Shown here one piece after another: positions 37,260-49,852 of a stretch of 64,000 bases of DNA. Under the pieces are notes generated by a model, which had not been told where the DNA came from, searched no databases, and was given only the letters and a program-made list of their open reading frames with translations. This DNA comes from Euprymna scolopes (taxonomy: Eukaryota): assembly GCA_053919585.1 (NCBI GenBank), contig CM132800.1; one strand, written 5' to 3'. Position 1 is the stretch's first letter; every line of letters starts with the position of its first letter. The translations under genes were made by a program, and so were the position numbers.

Positions 37260-39180
37260 TTCTATCTGGGACATAATTGCCGGGATATTATGAAAGGAGT
37301 TGAACGCAGGATGTCTGTTTACATTACACTTGAACTTCTACATATCACTATCGTCGGAGAAGCATGAATGCGGAAGAGTAATCCCAGGTTCAGTAGTTCT
37401 GGGGAAAGAACTATTAGAGTAGAAGGCCTTCTAGCATCTGGGGATCTCTACTACGTAGGTGGGGGACTTTGCTGCTTCACAGATTTGTCGGGGATATTTA
37501 CGTTCAGGGGATACAAGGACTAATTAAATAATTAAATTAAATACTTGTAAATCAGACGGGGATGCAACATTTCGTCGGTGGGAGAAAGGGTGAAGGATAG
37601 CTGACAGTTCGGGACCTATTCGGTTGGCGACTCTCTTCTGAACGATCTGCAGGAGTGAGAGACTAGTAGCAGATGCATCAGCCCCAAATGTGACAACAAT
37701 ACTCCATACATGGGCCAATAGTGGCCTTGTAGAAATACAGGATACAGGCGTAAGTAATTTTCTAGCATGGTAGAGATAGCCAATCTTCTTTGCAGCAGCC
37801 GTAGCAATGCTCTTGATGTATCTGTTCCAGCTCATATTTTCCTCATATGAACGTAAAACCGAAAAGTTTGAACGAAGTACTTTTAAGTAATGTATAATTA
37901 GCAATAGCTATTGCTGGTTCAGAAGGTTTCTTGTAAATATTACAGGAAATAAGCTTCATTGAATGTTAATATCCATTTCTGTCCCCGAACGACAGATTGG
38001 ACGAGTTCCTCTATTGCATTAGATATGTATCCATTTGTTTTCTCCTTCTGCCTACCATAGAGCGTGGTGTCATCCGAAAATATACCAATCCAGAGACAAT
38101 TTTATCAGGAGGTAATTTATGAATATTAGGAATAATAAAGGTCCAAAGATCGATCCCTGAGACATACCCTCATTTATATCATATTGTCTTTTGACGAACG
38201 TCCATCGAGGACAACCTGGATTCTTCTTTAACCAAAAACGAATTTAATGTTAAGCATACGTCCAGTATTACCATATGATCTGAGTTTCATGAGAAGCCCT
38301 TGGTGCCACACCCTGTCAAAAGCCTTAGGTATATCTAGGGTTACTAACCAACCTTTCCTTGCTTAATCCAGTGCATGATAAATACGTTCACAGATTACAG
38401 TTAGGATATCTGCAGTAGGAGAAGCTTGCCCAAATAAATATTGTTGCTCGGACAGAAGTTTAGCCGTTGTAGTGGACGAGCTTTGTTGATTATTGACTCA
38501 AGTATTTTGTCGAAAAGAGGGAGTCGGCTAATAGGGCGATAATTCAATGCGTTAGTTCTTTCGCTAGAAATATTGTGAACTGGTACCACAGAAGCAGTGT
38601 ACTCGCAGCCAGAAAATCAAGATTCGTTAAGGTATTTACTGAAGAGTTTCGAGAGCACTGGAGCAACCTCAACGAAACATTTTTTTTTTAATATTACAGC
38701 CGGGATTAGATCAGATCCACATGCTTTTGAGGTGTCTACGTTTTTTTATGATATCATGCACTTGGAAGGAGTAATTTTAAGATCATCTAATGTGGTTTCC
38801 GTCCGCAAAGGAAAATCAAGGAGGGATGGTTTGGTAGGTCCAATGTAGCGTTTAAGGCAAGACTTCTCAGTTCCCATGCAAGAAATTTCATGATTGTTGA
38901 TAGCGGGGGAAGTGTTTATTGACCATTATTTACTACACTGTTGCAGATTTCCAAAAATCTCGAGTTCCTAATTTCTGTGCTTCAATACGTTTTCTGCCTG
39001 TTTCGGTGTATTCATTTTTAGTTGTTGCTATTTCTTTCTTGTAATTACTTCTAGCTTCTATAAACCTTCGTCTGTTTGTACTGGACTTATATCGGATAAA
39101 CCTACGGTATGCATGCTGCCTTTGAGCAATATCAGCTGCGCAAGTAGGAATAAACCATTGGGGAGAGGGAGATATGCTAT
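37260..39180 (-). mobile_element. Decayed CR1/L2-group LINE ORF2 (RT)
   Basis: NYRPISRLPLFDKILE, LDIPKAFDRVWHQGLL, SQGSIFGPLLFLIFIN, FSDDTTL, LHPFSHRRNVAS. Confidence 0.9.
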
Positions 39181-39275
39181 GGAACTTCTGTATCTAGATT
39201 TAAAACTTAATCATCTTAAGAGTATGGAAAAAGTATATATATATATGTATACTTTTTCCATATATGTATGTGGAT

Positions 39276-39317
<42 letters not shown>

Positions 39318-39574
39318 CTGTATATGTATATATATTAAATAAGAATAAGGATTATTATAATATAGCTTTGACTAGATCAGGATATCAAGGAAAGATCAAA
39401 TACATAAAAGAGATAGATACATAAAAAAGATAAAGATAGTAGAAAAAACTACACAATATCATATAACATGAAAGGAGGAAGAAATGTAAAGAACAGAAAA
39501 TGGTCTGAAAAATAAGAGGAAGAAAAAAATTAAATAAAAATAGTGAAGAAGCATATAATACTAATAATACTATA

Positions 39575-39950
39575 AAGAATAAGAGCAATAGACGCAAGAA
39601 ACTGAATCTGGTTTATCCACCTTTCAGTGAACATATACAACATGATAGCTCTCAAGAAATTTACAAAATAGTTGATAATAACTTCTCCACGGAAATAGAT
39701 TAACTAAAATAATTAAAAATAACACAGTTAAACTTTCATTTTCAGCCGCTGTGAATCTAAGTAAAACTATAATAAGTTCTAATAATAGTAAAATAGACAA
39801 AATAAGAATGAATCAGGTGAATTAAATATTGAGAATATATGTTACTGTAGAATATCTAATAAATGTCCATTGGAGGGAAATTGCTTATTTTCTGAAATTG
39901 TATACAAATTTGAAGTTAAGGTAGATAAGAGTAAAAAGATATAGGAGGAA
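39575..39950 (+). mobile_element. Penelope-like (Neptune/Naiad-type) ORF fragment, RT-EN linker
   Basis: VYPPFS..IVDNNF..NNTVKLSFS..CYCRISNKCPLEGNCLFSEIVYKFEV fits the PPFS/NTIKVSYS/CNCR-CPL-GNC pattern. Confidence 0.75.
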
Positions 39951-40431
39951 ATAAATGTAATTCGCTATAAAGTTTTTATTTTATTTTTAACTTGTATCTA
40001 TGATGTAAATAACTTTACTTGGCCATATAGGCCTGCATGTCTTTCCACTTTCTTTACTTTCTTCTTGCTTCCAGATAAGTAGGAAGAGAGTTACATAGGA
40101 ATCGAGTGCTCCACGCAAGCGAACACACAAACGCAGTAAGTGATTTTAAGGCAATTACGATAATCTTTGTCACAAAGGGGCATAACATCTCACTTTCATA
40201 TCCGCTTCTTTCTCTGTCTCTTTTCGCTGGGCCTCTAAACAATGCAGATGTGACTAAAAACACTTCCCGGTTCTGGCGAACGATCAGCCCGCCATTTGAA
40301 CTGTCATCAAAAAATCTCGAGGCCTAAACTCAAGCAGCGTTAACCCATTCATCGTTCGCTATTAACTTTTGCAATTTTTAATTTGTATCTATGATTTAAA
40401 TAAATTTACTTGGGTGTAATAACAATATCGG

Positions 40432-41013
40432 CATATAAAAGCCAAGTACGGCCAAGGATGGAATACTGTTGCCATATCTGGGCAGGAGCTGCTAAAAACA
40501 GCCTATCATGCCTTGACAGAGTACAAAATAGACTTCGTGGTTTAGTGGGGGATGCCCTTTTCTCTACCCTGCAACCTGTCTCCCACAGAAGAGACGTTGC
40601 GAGCCTATCCTTGTTTTATCGTTATTTTCATGGCAGGTGCTCGTCTGAACTCCAATCCCTGGTCCCCCCTCGCCAAACTTTCACGAAAAACACCCGTCTA
40701 GCTGAATCCACTGTGAAAAATTTCCCCCACTCTATATCTGTGCCTAAATCAAAACGCGGATTTCATGAGCAAAGCTTCTTTCTTAGAACTGCACGCCTGT
40801 GGAACTCTGTTCCGTCTGCCTGCTTCCCTCCGGACTACAACTTGGATGTCTTCAAGTCTAATGTTAACAAATTCCTAATGAACCGCCCCCCCCCTAATTA
40901 AACACTTCATAAAATCTCCTCACTAACGTGATGTACTTGCAATAACCCTTATCCCTGAGTGGCTTCCGGGCCTTGATAAGTGGTGATCACTGTGTAAAAA
41001 AAAAAAAAAAAAA
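40432..41013 (+). mobile_element. Well-preserved 5'-truncated CR1/L2-group LINE 3' end with poly(A)
   Basis: Open frame YKSQVRPRMEYCCHIWAGA..SHRRDVASLSLFYRYFHG..RTARLWNS..FKSNVNK, 3' UTR and A tail. Confidence 0.93.
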
Positions 41014-42075
41014 TTTCGTGTCTTCATGGAAAAGGGTGATCATGTGACTTTTCTTCAATCTCCTACATAAACGATAGAGGACACCGTTGGTTAAGAGTAA
41101 CATGTTAGTCGTACAATAACTAAATTAATAGATCATCAATTTATACATAGAAACTAAATTAATTAACAAAAAACAAATTAAGGTAAATAGAAATATATTT
41201 AAATATAATCGTTATTGGGAATAAACTAACACCTGTGTAATTCCAATAAATACAAATAGAGGAAATAAAAAATGGAACATTAAGTAACTGTAAGCTATGG
41301 AGATAAACAGATTATGATTGATTAAAATAGATTAAATCAAAATATAAATTCGAAGCAAACTAAAGAGGAAATTGGAAGTAAATTAATAAACTGTGATTTG
41401 GTTAGAACTACAATTTAAAAATTAAGCAAGAAATACTAAACTTAAAATATTAAAGTAAGAATACATGTAATTTCGATAATTAATGGATAGGTATATATTG
41501 CGAAAAGGGAATTGGCTCACTTACAACGTAACGGTATTAAGAAAAGTAAACAAGATTTAATAATAAAGGTATAATATTAGATAACAATAAGATAGGTAAA
41601 ATTTTTACTTTAAATATTGTCGTAAACAGTATGGGATGAAAATAAATGTTAATAAATATATTATTTTAATAAAAGTTTTAATTACATTACTTTCTTAAAA
41701 AATAACGTATGAAGATAAATATATACTAATAGATCGTAACATATAAATAAAATTTATACGAAACAACAGCGGATTGAGAAAATAACAGTTATACATATAA
41801 ATGGAAACTAGAATTTTAAGGTGTAGATTACTATGTGGGGAATAAAAAAAAATACAGAATTAAATTGTAAAAAAAGTATAAACATTTTGTAAAAAGCATT
41901 AAAAGATTTATTGAATATAAAAATAGGGAATTAGTGAAGTTTCATGTAAAAATAGAAATACGAAAGTGGATTAATTACTCAATTCGAAGGAAAAATTAAA
42001 AGCAAAAATAAAATATAAAAATGGTACGCATAGTGGTGAGTCAAACTGCTTAATTCCTTAAAATAAAGATAATGA

Positions 42076-42124
<49 letters not shown>

Positions 42125-42146
42125 TACATATATATATGTATTTCAT

Positions 42147-42229
42147 CATCTGAAGAGTAGCTATATTAGAATATTTTTAAATGATATAATACTAGAATTT
42201 GTCCAAATTTTTACGAAACAATCGTAATG
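42147..42229 (+). ncRNA. Putative type I hammerhead ribozyme (PLE-associated)
   Basis: cat-CTGAAGA-gtag..ttac-GAAA-c-aatc-GTA-atg; long stem II loop; downstream of the PLE fragment at 39575. Confidence 0.5.
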
Positions 42230-42275
42230 CATAATCGGAATATAGTGTTTTTGTTTTATATTCTTGCGATAATAT

Positions 42276-42316
<41 letters not shown>

Positions 42317-42693
42317 ATGTGTGCGTGTATGTGTGTGTGCGCGCGCACGTATGTATAATACATCCTATTAAATCAGCGGCGGAATGTTATAAAAATATGT
42401 CAAGTAATAAGAATTCATATATATATATTGATTTTTTTAAAAAAGCGCCTTTATTAAATAATATTTTCTGTTACTTAGCACAATGCAAAATTTATTTTTG
42501 TTTATAAGCAAAACAATGGAACACTTTAACAGTGGCAGTGAACGTTCATATATGTGTTTAGTTCCCAGTTTGCCTTTAGCCGCTATGACGAGCTATCATA
42601 CAGGGAAATACTTCATCTTTGCATGACCATATATATATTTATACACACACACACGCACACACACACACGCGTGCACACACACATATTTATATC

Positions 42694-43149
42694 TCTATAA
42701 AAGTGAACGTGTCTGTGTACATTTCCCTACGCAATAACTCTCGCAATTTTTACTTTACAGACTCGAAATTTGATATACAGGGTACTGAGATTTGGGAAAG
42801 TCGATGTGATCTGTTTTCGGCTAGAAATGTGTCTGTTAAGGGGTCAAAGTTCAACGATTTCACCTTTGAGAACTCTACCAAACTCCTTCGACAATTTTGG
42901 CTTTAAACACTTGAACTTTTAGATATAGGTTCCTTGGACATGGGTCTAACTTAATACCTTAATTTGAGCCCCAAACAATAAATTTTAAGGGGTCATAATA
43001 GGGGTCAAAGTTTTAAAAAATTGACCGTTTTTTGTTTTTTGTTTTTTTCTGTTTTTTTTTTGTTTTGTTTTTTTGCTCAGCATACATCTCCAAACATCCG
43101 GGCAACGCCGGGATGAAATGCCAGTATATCTATAAAAGTGAACGTGCTA

Positions 43150-43150
<1 letters not shown>
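42694..43150 (+). mobile_element. Complete non-autonomous Helitron-like element with re-initiated 5' end
   Basis: 5' TCTATAAAAGTGAACGTG at 42694; hairpin 43098-43112, CCAG; the same 18-mer again at 43129-43146 then CTAG. Confidence 0.75.
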
Positions 43151-43202
<52 letters not shown>

Positions 43203-43205
<3 letters not shown>

Positions 43206-44522
43206 TCGTGAACAAAATAATGGGCCATGATTAAAATTGGAACAAAAAAAATGGGCCATGATTGAAATTGGAAAGAAAACAATTTTTAAAATTTTTATCG
43301 CTTGTTTGCTAATAATTAGCTGTTATTTAGTATTTTTCAGATTATTAGTATTAAAGATGAGTCCAAGAAAAGTAAGACGACATCTTGACGAAAAAATTAA
43401 AAACCGAATTGCAGGATTACGACAGGCAAATTTGACTTACAAGCAGATTTTCGACATTTTGAAAGAAGAAAAGGTGGCAAAATTTCTTTCAGCTGTGAAG
43501 AAAATTGGGCAAAGGTTCGAAATTGAAGGCACAGTGAGCAGGAAAGTTGGTCTTGGTCGCCCCAGAGCATCCACAATGAAGGACGATCACAGGCTTAAAA
43601 TGACCGTTTTGAAGGATCGCAAAAAAACTTATGTTGACCATAGCAAACAATTCGAAACAGCAATAGGAAATTCTCTTTCTAGAGTGACAATATCCAGAAG
43701 GATGAAGGAAATGGGATTTTCATCAAAAAGATGTGCAAAAAAGCCTTTGTTAACTAAGAAGAACATCAGTGACAGAAAGACATTTGCATCATGTTATGGT
43801 ACGAAAGATGCAGATTGGTTTAGAAATGTTTTCTGGTCGGACGAGTCAAGATTTTGCCTTGCCAGTGATGCCCCTGAACGTTGCATCCGAAGATCCGGAA
43901 AAAAGATTTTCACCGAATTGCATAAAAACCACAGTAAAACATGGAAACGGAGGAATAATAGTATGGGGGACCTTTTCTGCTGCAGGAGTTGGGGAAATTA
44001 TCAGATGTGATGCGTCAATTAATGCCAAAGAATACATTCAAATATTAGAAAGAGGTCTATTACCAAGCATCCAGAAGTTAGAAATGAACAATGACATTAT
44101 TTTTCAACATGATAATGCCCCTGCACACACAGCAAAAGTCACAAAGAAGTGGCTTACTGATAATTCAATTGATGTGATGCTTTGGCCTGGCCAAACCCCA
44201 GATTTAAACCCAATGGAAAATATTTGGGCTATAATATCTCGTGCATTAGTTAGAAAAACTTTTTCCAACAAAGAAAAATTATGGGAAGCAGTACAAGGAG
44301 AATGGAATAACATCTCCTTTTCACAGTGCTCCAAGTTGGTTGCGAGCATGATAAAAAGAATTGATCTTTTAAAAAGATCTAAGGGCAATTCAATTCCATA
44401 CTAAGTTTTTATTAAAGTAAATATCTTGCTCTTTATAGTTTTACTCATTTTCGTTTATTATTTAATTGCATTTTGTGTAATAAATTGTAAATTTCTTTCC
44501 TGGCCCATTTTTTTTTGTTCAT

Positions 44523-44527
<5 letters not shown>
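43203..44527 (+). mobile_element. Full-length Tc1 (DD34E), short TIRs
   Basis: TA|cactcgtgaacaaaataatgggcca ... tggcccatttttttttgttcatgacta|TA, inserted in (TA)n. Confidence 0.93.
43357..44404 (+). pseudogene. Tc1 transposase, single frameshift near 43900
   Basis: GRPR, WSDES, TVKHGNG, FQHDNAPAH, PDLNPMENIW; 34 residues between second D and E. Confidence 0.93.
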
Positions 44528-44574
<47 letters not shown>

Positions 44575-47154
44575 AAAACATCGCAGTTTTTCCCCTCTGT
44601 ACCGAAGTACCATAAGTCTACAACCAGAGATGCCACATTCAAATTTATTATGTCTATACTATTTGCCACAATCTTTTGTAACCATGGAACGACATTTTGG
44701 TCACAATAAAATCCTAGATTTTATGCTATAAGTGATATCATCACGACCGCAAAAATATACACTGGAAGTTCCTGTTATTTGTCCCACTAAATAAAAAGTA
44801 CTATACCCGCTCTCAGTCGACATCGGTGGGGGAGGGTTCTGCATTTGAATCATATGTAGATTATCATTTGCACACATACCATAACCTTTTCTGTTGCCGA
44901 TTCCCAAATTAATGATCCCTCCCTGCTCAAATTTAACCAATTCTCATTGTTTGACGACGAAAATATTATTCCATTCCAGAATGGCAATTCTAATTCTATA
45001 TCAAACGCATCAGCGATTAAAAATCATGGCTTCCCTCACACCGACGTCGTCTTACAAATAATTACATTAGAAGAATTTGATGTAAACACCTTATAAAATA
45101 GGCTAAACGAACATAATTAACTTTTTGTGGAGGGGGAACATTTATTTTTCGAAATCCGATATGTGTTAAATGGGGGGGTGCAGTGTACACATGGTATTAC
45201 CAAATATATCCTACGAATTTGATGTAAACACTTGATTTTTAAACTCAACGACCACAATATTGTTTTTTCTTGGGGGGTGGATGGGTAATACAGCTTCTTC
45301 TTGGGATAAACGACATGTGTTTTCTTATAGTTTCCCCGTTCTTCACGTAAATTAAACTATACGAACATATAGTTTTCTTCTTTTTTCTATTTATTGATAA
45401 GACATACGACAGATTTTTTTTATTTATAACTATTTCTCTACAAGAACTACGAAAAACTTGGTTAACTAAACTACACGTCAATAATATAGTTGTTTTTTTT
45501 TCATTTATAACGACTTTTTGAACAAACTAAAACATTTTCCTGAAATAATAGCATCTAGTACTTTCACCTAACAATTTACGCTTAAAACATGTCACCAGAA
45601 AAAAAAGCTGATTTCCAATTATAATGTTCTATAAAAAAGTATACAAATAAATAAATACTGTCAGATTAGAACTAAAACATAAATCAACATAGTCTTACAA
45701 TTAATTATATTAGTCAATCTTGACGGAAATTTAGTTTTTTATATACTATTTTTATATAAGAAATACAACAGTTTTCTTTTTTGCCTTAAAAGAACTACGA
45801 AAATCCAAACACTGTTACGTTAAAAACTTGTTTCTTTTTTTACTATAAAAAAAAACGTTCAATGCCCCTAACACTTTTATCGAGATTAAATACTGTAATT
45901 ACACGTAACAATATGCGATTATCAATAAAACGTAAAGCACGTGTTATTATTTAGTGTCTTTCTTAACGTGGTATATGCGAATTTCATCTTACACAACATT
46001 GTATTTAACGAATTTGATGTAAACGGTTTATTACATACACTTTACAAACATAATATACTTTTTTCTCTTTAGAAATTACCAAATTGTAATTTTTTCTTCA
46101 TTAAAAAAATCACGGTACTTTCACTTAGACATTAACGCTTAAACCATGTTTACTCCCGAAAATATTTACTGCCGATTATCATTTTTTCGATAATAAGTAC
46201 ACTTATTACACGTAAATAAAACAAGAGTCATGTGTTTTTCGATCTATTGATAACGTGGTACATGCGAATGTCATCGAACGAACAATTATATTTATTTTAC
46301 ATAAACAATTTTCTTAAATTAACAAAAGGAAAACAACAGTTTTGTAAAAACAAAATTTAGTTTTTTAAAAAAGGGAAAATTGAGTAGNNNNNNNNNNNNN
46401 NNNNNNNNNNNNNNNNNNNNNNNNNNNNNNNNNNNNNNNNNNNNNNNNNNNNNNNNNNNNNNNNNNNNNNNNNNNNNNNNNNNNNNNNNNNNNNNNNNNN
46501 NNNNNNNNNNNNNNNNNNNNNNNNNNNNNNNNNNNNNNNNNNNCGAGAGAGTGTGAGAGAGATACAGAGAAGGAGAGAGACATCAGCCGTGTGACACTTT
46601 CATTACGTTCACTAATTCATTCACCCTTTACGATCGTCACCGTTTTTACTTTTTCTTCGCCCCTTCTCCAACTTAGCGTTCCACGTTCGAACCTTGGCAC
46701 TGCCGGTAACATTTTTTTTTTGTTTTCCTTTTTTTGTTTACTCAACACGGTTATAGATGCTATTTGCACTTTTCCATAGAGGGTTGTTTTAAGATTTAAC
46801 TGTTTGTTTTTCAACCTGCGGGCTTGCAAGAGTAATAACTAATATAAAATATTTTGCTTCTACTCATAAACCCACGTAGGTCACAAACCAAAGTACAATT
46901 GTAGTTTGCTTTTATGTATATATGAAAGATACGTGAACCTAATTAGATACTTTTTAATTATGTTTAAACTCAAATACGTCACAAACGTAATTATTAAGCT
47001 GTGGAATATATTTCTGTCAAAAATACATAAAATCACCAACCACTGCCCTACCTACAAAGAGGGGTGTTTATTCTGACAGCCGTTCTTAACATAGGAACTT
47101 GCCGGTGCCCATTTTGAAAGCCCTTCTTTACGGAAAAATGTTGGTGGTTGGGCT

Positions 47155-47187
<33 letters not shown>

Positions 47188-47258
47188 GATGTATTGAAGT
47201 TTTACCCCGGGGTGGTACTATACTAGCAGTGGGCAACGCCGGTAAACAGGTCCTGCTA

Positions 47259-47325
<67 letters not shown>

Positions 47326-47510
47326 ATAGTAAAACTTTATAAACTAATTAAATAGGCTAAATTGATTTAGAAAATGGTAGCAAATACGATGGTAAGATGT
47401 ATCTAAATTAATATATAATATGAACAAGGAAGTTAAGTATGATTATAAATGTCACATAGTATAATACTTAATTGTAGAGTAATAAATAAGAGCATGCATC
47501 TACATATATA

Positions 47511-49141
47511 CAGTGATGATCATATTTATTGGCACGGTAAAATAAAAGTTAAATTTTGTCTAATAAATTCTAAAAAAGGGATTAAATTAAAGAAAATAAC
47601 AAAGTATATTATGTATTTTTAACTGGCCTTTCCGATGCAGCAATCGGATTTTAGAAAAAATAAATAACAAAGGAACAACAAACATAATTGCAAAAAACCC
47701 TTGTTCAAAATTATTGGCACGATTTATTTAATAATCAATTGTATAGCCTTTGGCCTTGATTACCTTCCTCAGTCGCTTTTCATAGTTTACAACCAAGTTG
47801 TTGCACTCTTCAGTAGTAATTTTAGCCCACTCTTCCTGACAATAATCTTCCAATTGAATAAGATTCTTAGGCTTCCTTTGCATTACCCTCAATTTTAATG
47901 TTCTCCATAAATTTTCAATTGGATTAAGTCTGGGCTTTGTGATGGCCACTCCAAAACATTAATATGATTGTCCTCAAGCCATTTCTTAGTCAGTTTAGCC
48001 GAATGCTTTGGGTCATTATCTTGCATGAACCACCAACGACGACCAAGTGAGAGCTCTTTAGCAGAGTCTTTCAGGTTTTCATCCAATATTTTAACATAAT
48101 CTTCCTTTTTTATGCTACCTGTGACCTTAACAAGTCGCCCTGGTCCAGAGGCAGCAAAGAATCCCCAAAACATCAAACTGCCTCCACCGTGCTTCACTGT
48201 GGGTATGGTGTTCTTAGGCAGGAAAGCTTCGCCAGATTTTCGGTAGATATAAGACACTTTATTATGGCCAAATAACTCTATTTTCGTTTCGTCAGTCCAT
48301 ATAACATGTTTCCAGAATGCAACATCTTTATCAATATGACGTTTTGCAAAGGCTAGCCTTGCTTTCAGGTGCATAGGCTTCAATAAGGGAGTCTTTCTCG
48401 GACGACATGCTTTTAAACCAGCTCTCTTCAAAACTCTACCAACTGTATGTCGAGATACATTCACTCCAGAGGTGCTCTGTTCATCAACAATCTCTCCAAC
48501 AGAGATCCTTGGGTTTTGTTTTACTTGTCGAACAATTTTCCGTTCATCTCTTGGGGAAAGAATCCTTTTTCTCCCTCTACCCTCTAAACTCATAACGTGG
48601 CCTTGCGATTTGAACTTGTTTATTATGGCTCTAACAGTGGATTTGGGAAGGTTTAGCTTCTTTGAAATCTTATCATAGCCCTCCCCATTGGTATGGCATG
48701 CAACAACAAGCTTCCTGACGTCTTCGCTGTGTTCCTTAGTTTTAACCATGGCGATTGAAATTATAATTTAGTCACTTATAATAGTTTAAATAAATCGCTA
48801 TCTAAAAATTATCTGAAAAAAATTATTCACTGAATTAGCGTTAAACAAGCATAATATGGCTATAAAAAAGTTCAGAAAGCACGTAAACCGGAAATTGATT
48901 GATATTATACTGATACTAAAAGAAAAACAAAGCCGTGCCAATAATTTTGAACAAGGGCTTTTTGCAATTATGTTTGTTGTTCCTTTGTTATTTATTTTTT
49001 CTAAAATCCGATTGCTGCATCGGAAAGGCCAGTTAAAAATACATAATATACTTTGTTATTTTCTTTAATTTAATCCCTTTTTTAGAATTTATTAGACAAA
49101 ATTTAACTTTTATTTTACCGTGCCAATAAATATGATCATCA

Positions 49142-49144
<3 letters not shown>
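47511..49144 (-). mobile_element. Very young full-length IR/DR Tc1 (1634 bp, 211-bp TIRs)
   Basis: TIRs 47511-47721 and 48934-49144 differ at one position I could find; attggcacg DRs; TA flanks. Confidence 0.97.
47728..48749 (-). pseudogene. Tc1 transposase, apparent 1-bp deletion near 47925
   Basis: [50 protein letters not shown]. Confidence 0.95.
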
Positions 49145-49223
<79 letters not shown>

Positions 49224-49346
49224 CCTTAATTGGAATTCATTTTTGGAGATGAGCATTATATATAGTAATTTATTTTTTATTTCGGACTATTATTCTAATC
49301 TTTATTAGTTGTTGTTTTTCATCTTTTTTATTGGCTGTTGTTTTTT

Positions 49347-49388
49347 CACGACGTTTCGGTCAACTATTCCTCTGGCCTTCGTCAGGTG
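49347..49388 (-). ncRNA. Minimal type I hammerhead ribozyme
   Basis: cac-CTGACGA-a-ggcca-gaggaatagt-tgacc-GAAA-c-GTC-gtg; complete core and GUC cleavage triplet. Confidence 0.8.
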
Positions 49389-49610
49389 GTAACCGCGACG
49401 GATAGGAACTTCGCATCTTCTAACTGCATTCTCACCAACCACTGCCATCTGTAATTGGAATTACTATATATACTCCTCATCTCAAAAATGAATTCCAATT
49501 AAGGAATAATATATATATATACCAATCGGTACGGACCCGACTATGAAAGATCAGATAATAAATAAATGTGGATTTATAAGATCAAAGAATCCAACCTTGA
49601 TCGCCCTTCG

Positions 49611-49701
49611 GGGCCCGTGGCGCAGTTTATAGAGACGTCGAATCTCTACGGTTCCAGGTGGACATTGTTTGAAGACAGCGGTTTCAATCCTACCCAAAGC
49701 C
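49611..49701 (+). ncRNA. tRNA-derived SINE head (Pol III A/B boxes), not a functional tRNA
   Basis: GGGCCCG-TGGCGCAGTTT (A box-like) ... GGTTTCAATCC (B box-like, 49680-49690). Confidence 0.6.
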
Positions 49702-49810
49702 AGCCAGAGGTTTACTTGGCCAAAACGTGGTAAGACGACAACAACTACAGATGGCAGTGATTGCTGAGAATGCAGTTAGGAGATTCGAGGTCCCTATCCG
49801 TCGCGGTTAC

Positions 49811-49852
49811 CACCTGACGAAGACCAGAGGAATAGTTGGCCAAAACGTTGTG
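49811..49852 (+). ncRNA. Degenerate hammerhead ribozyme (second arm)
   Basis: cac-CTGACGA-a-gacca..tggcc-AAAA-c-GTT-gtg; GAAA>AAAA and GTC>GTT are CpG transitions. Confidence 0.7.

Noticed and set aside
49611-49701. Functional tRNA gene
   Set aside because: Overlong between boxes, no clean cloverleaf or anticodon arm, embedded in a repeat
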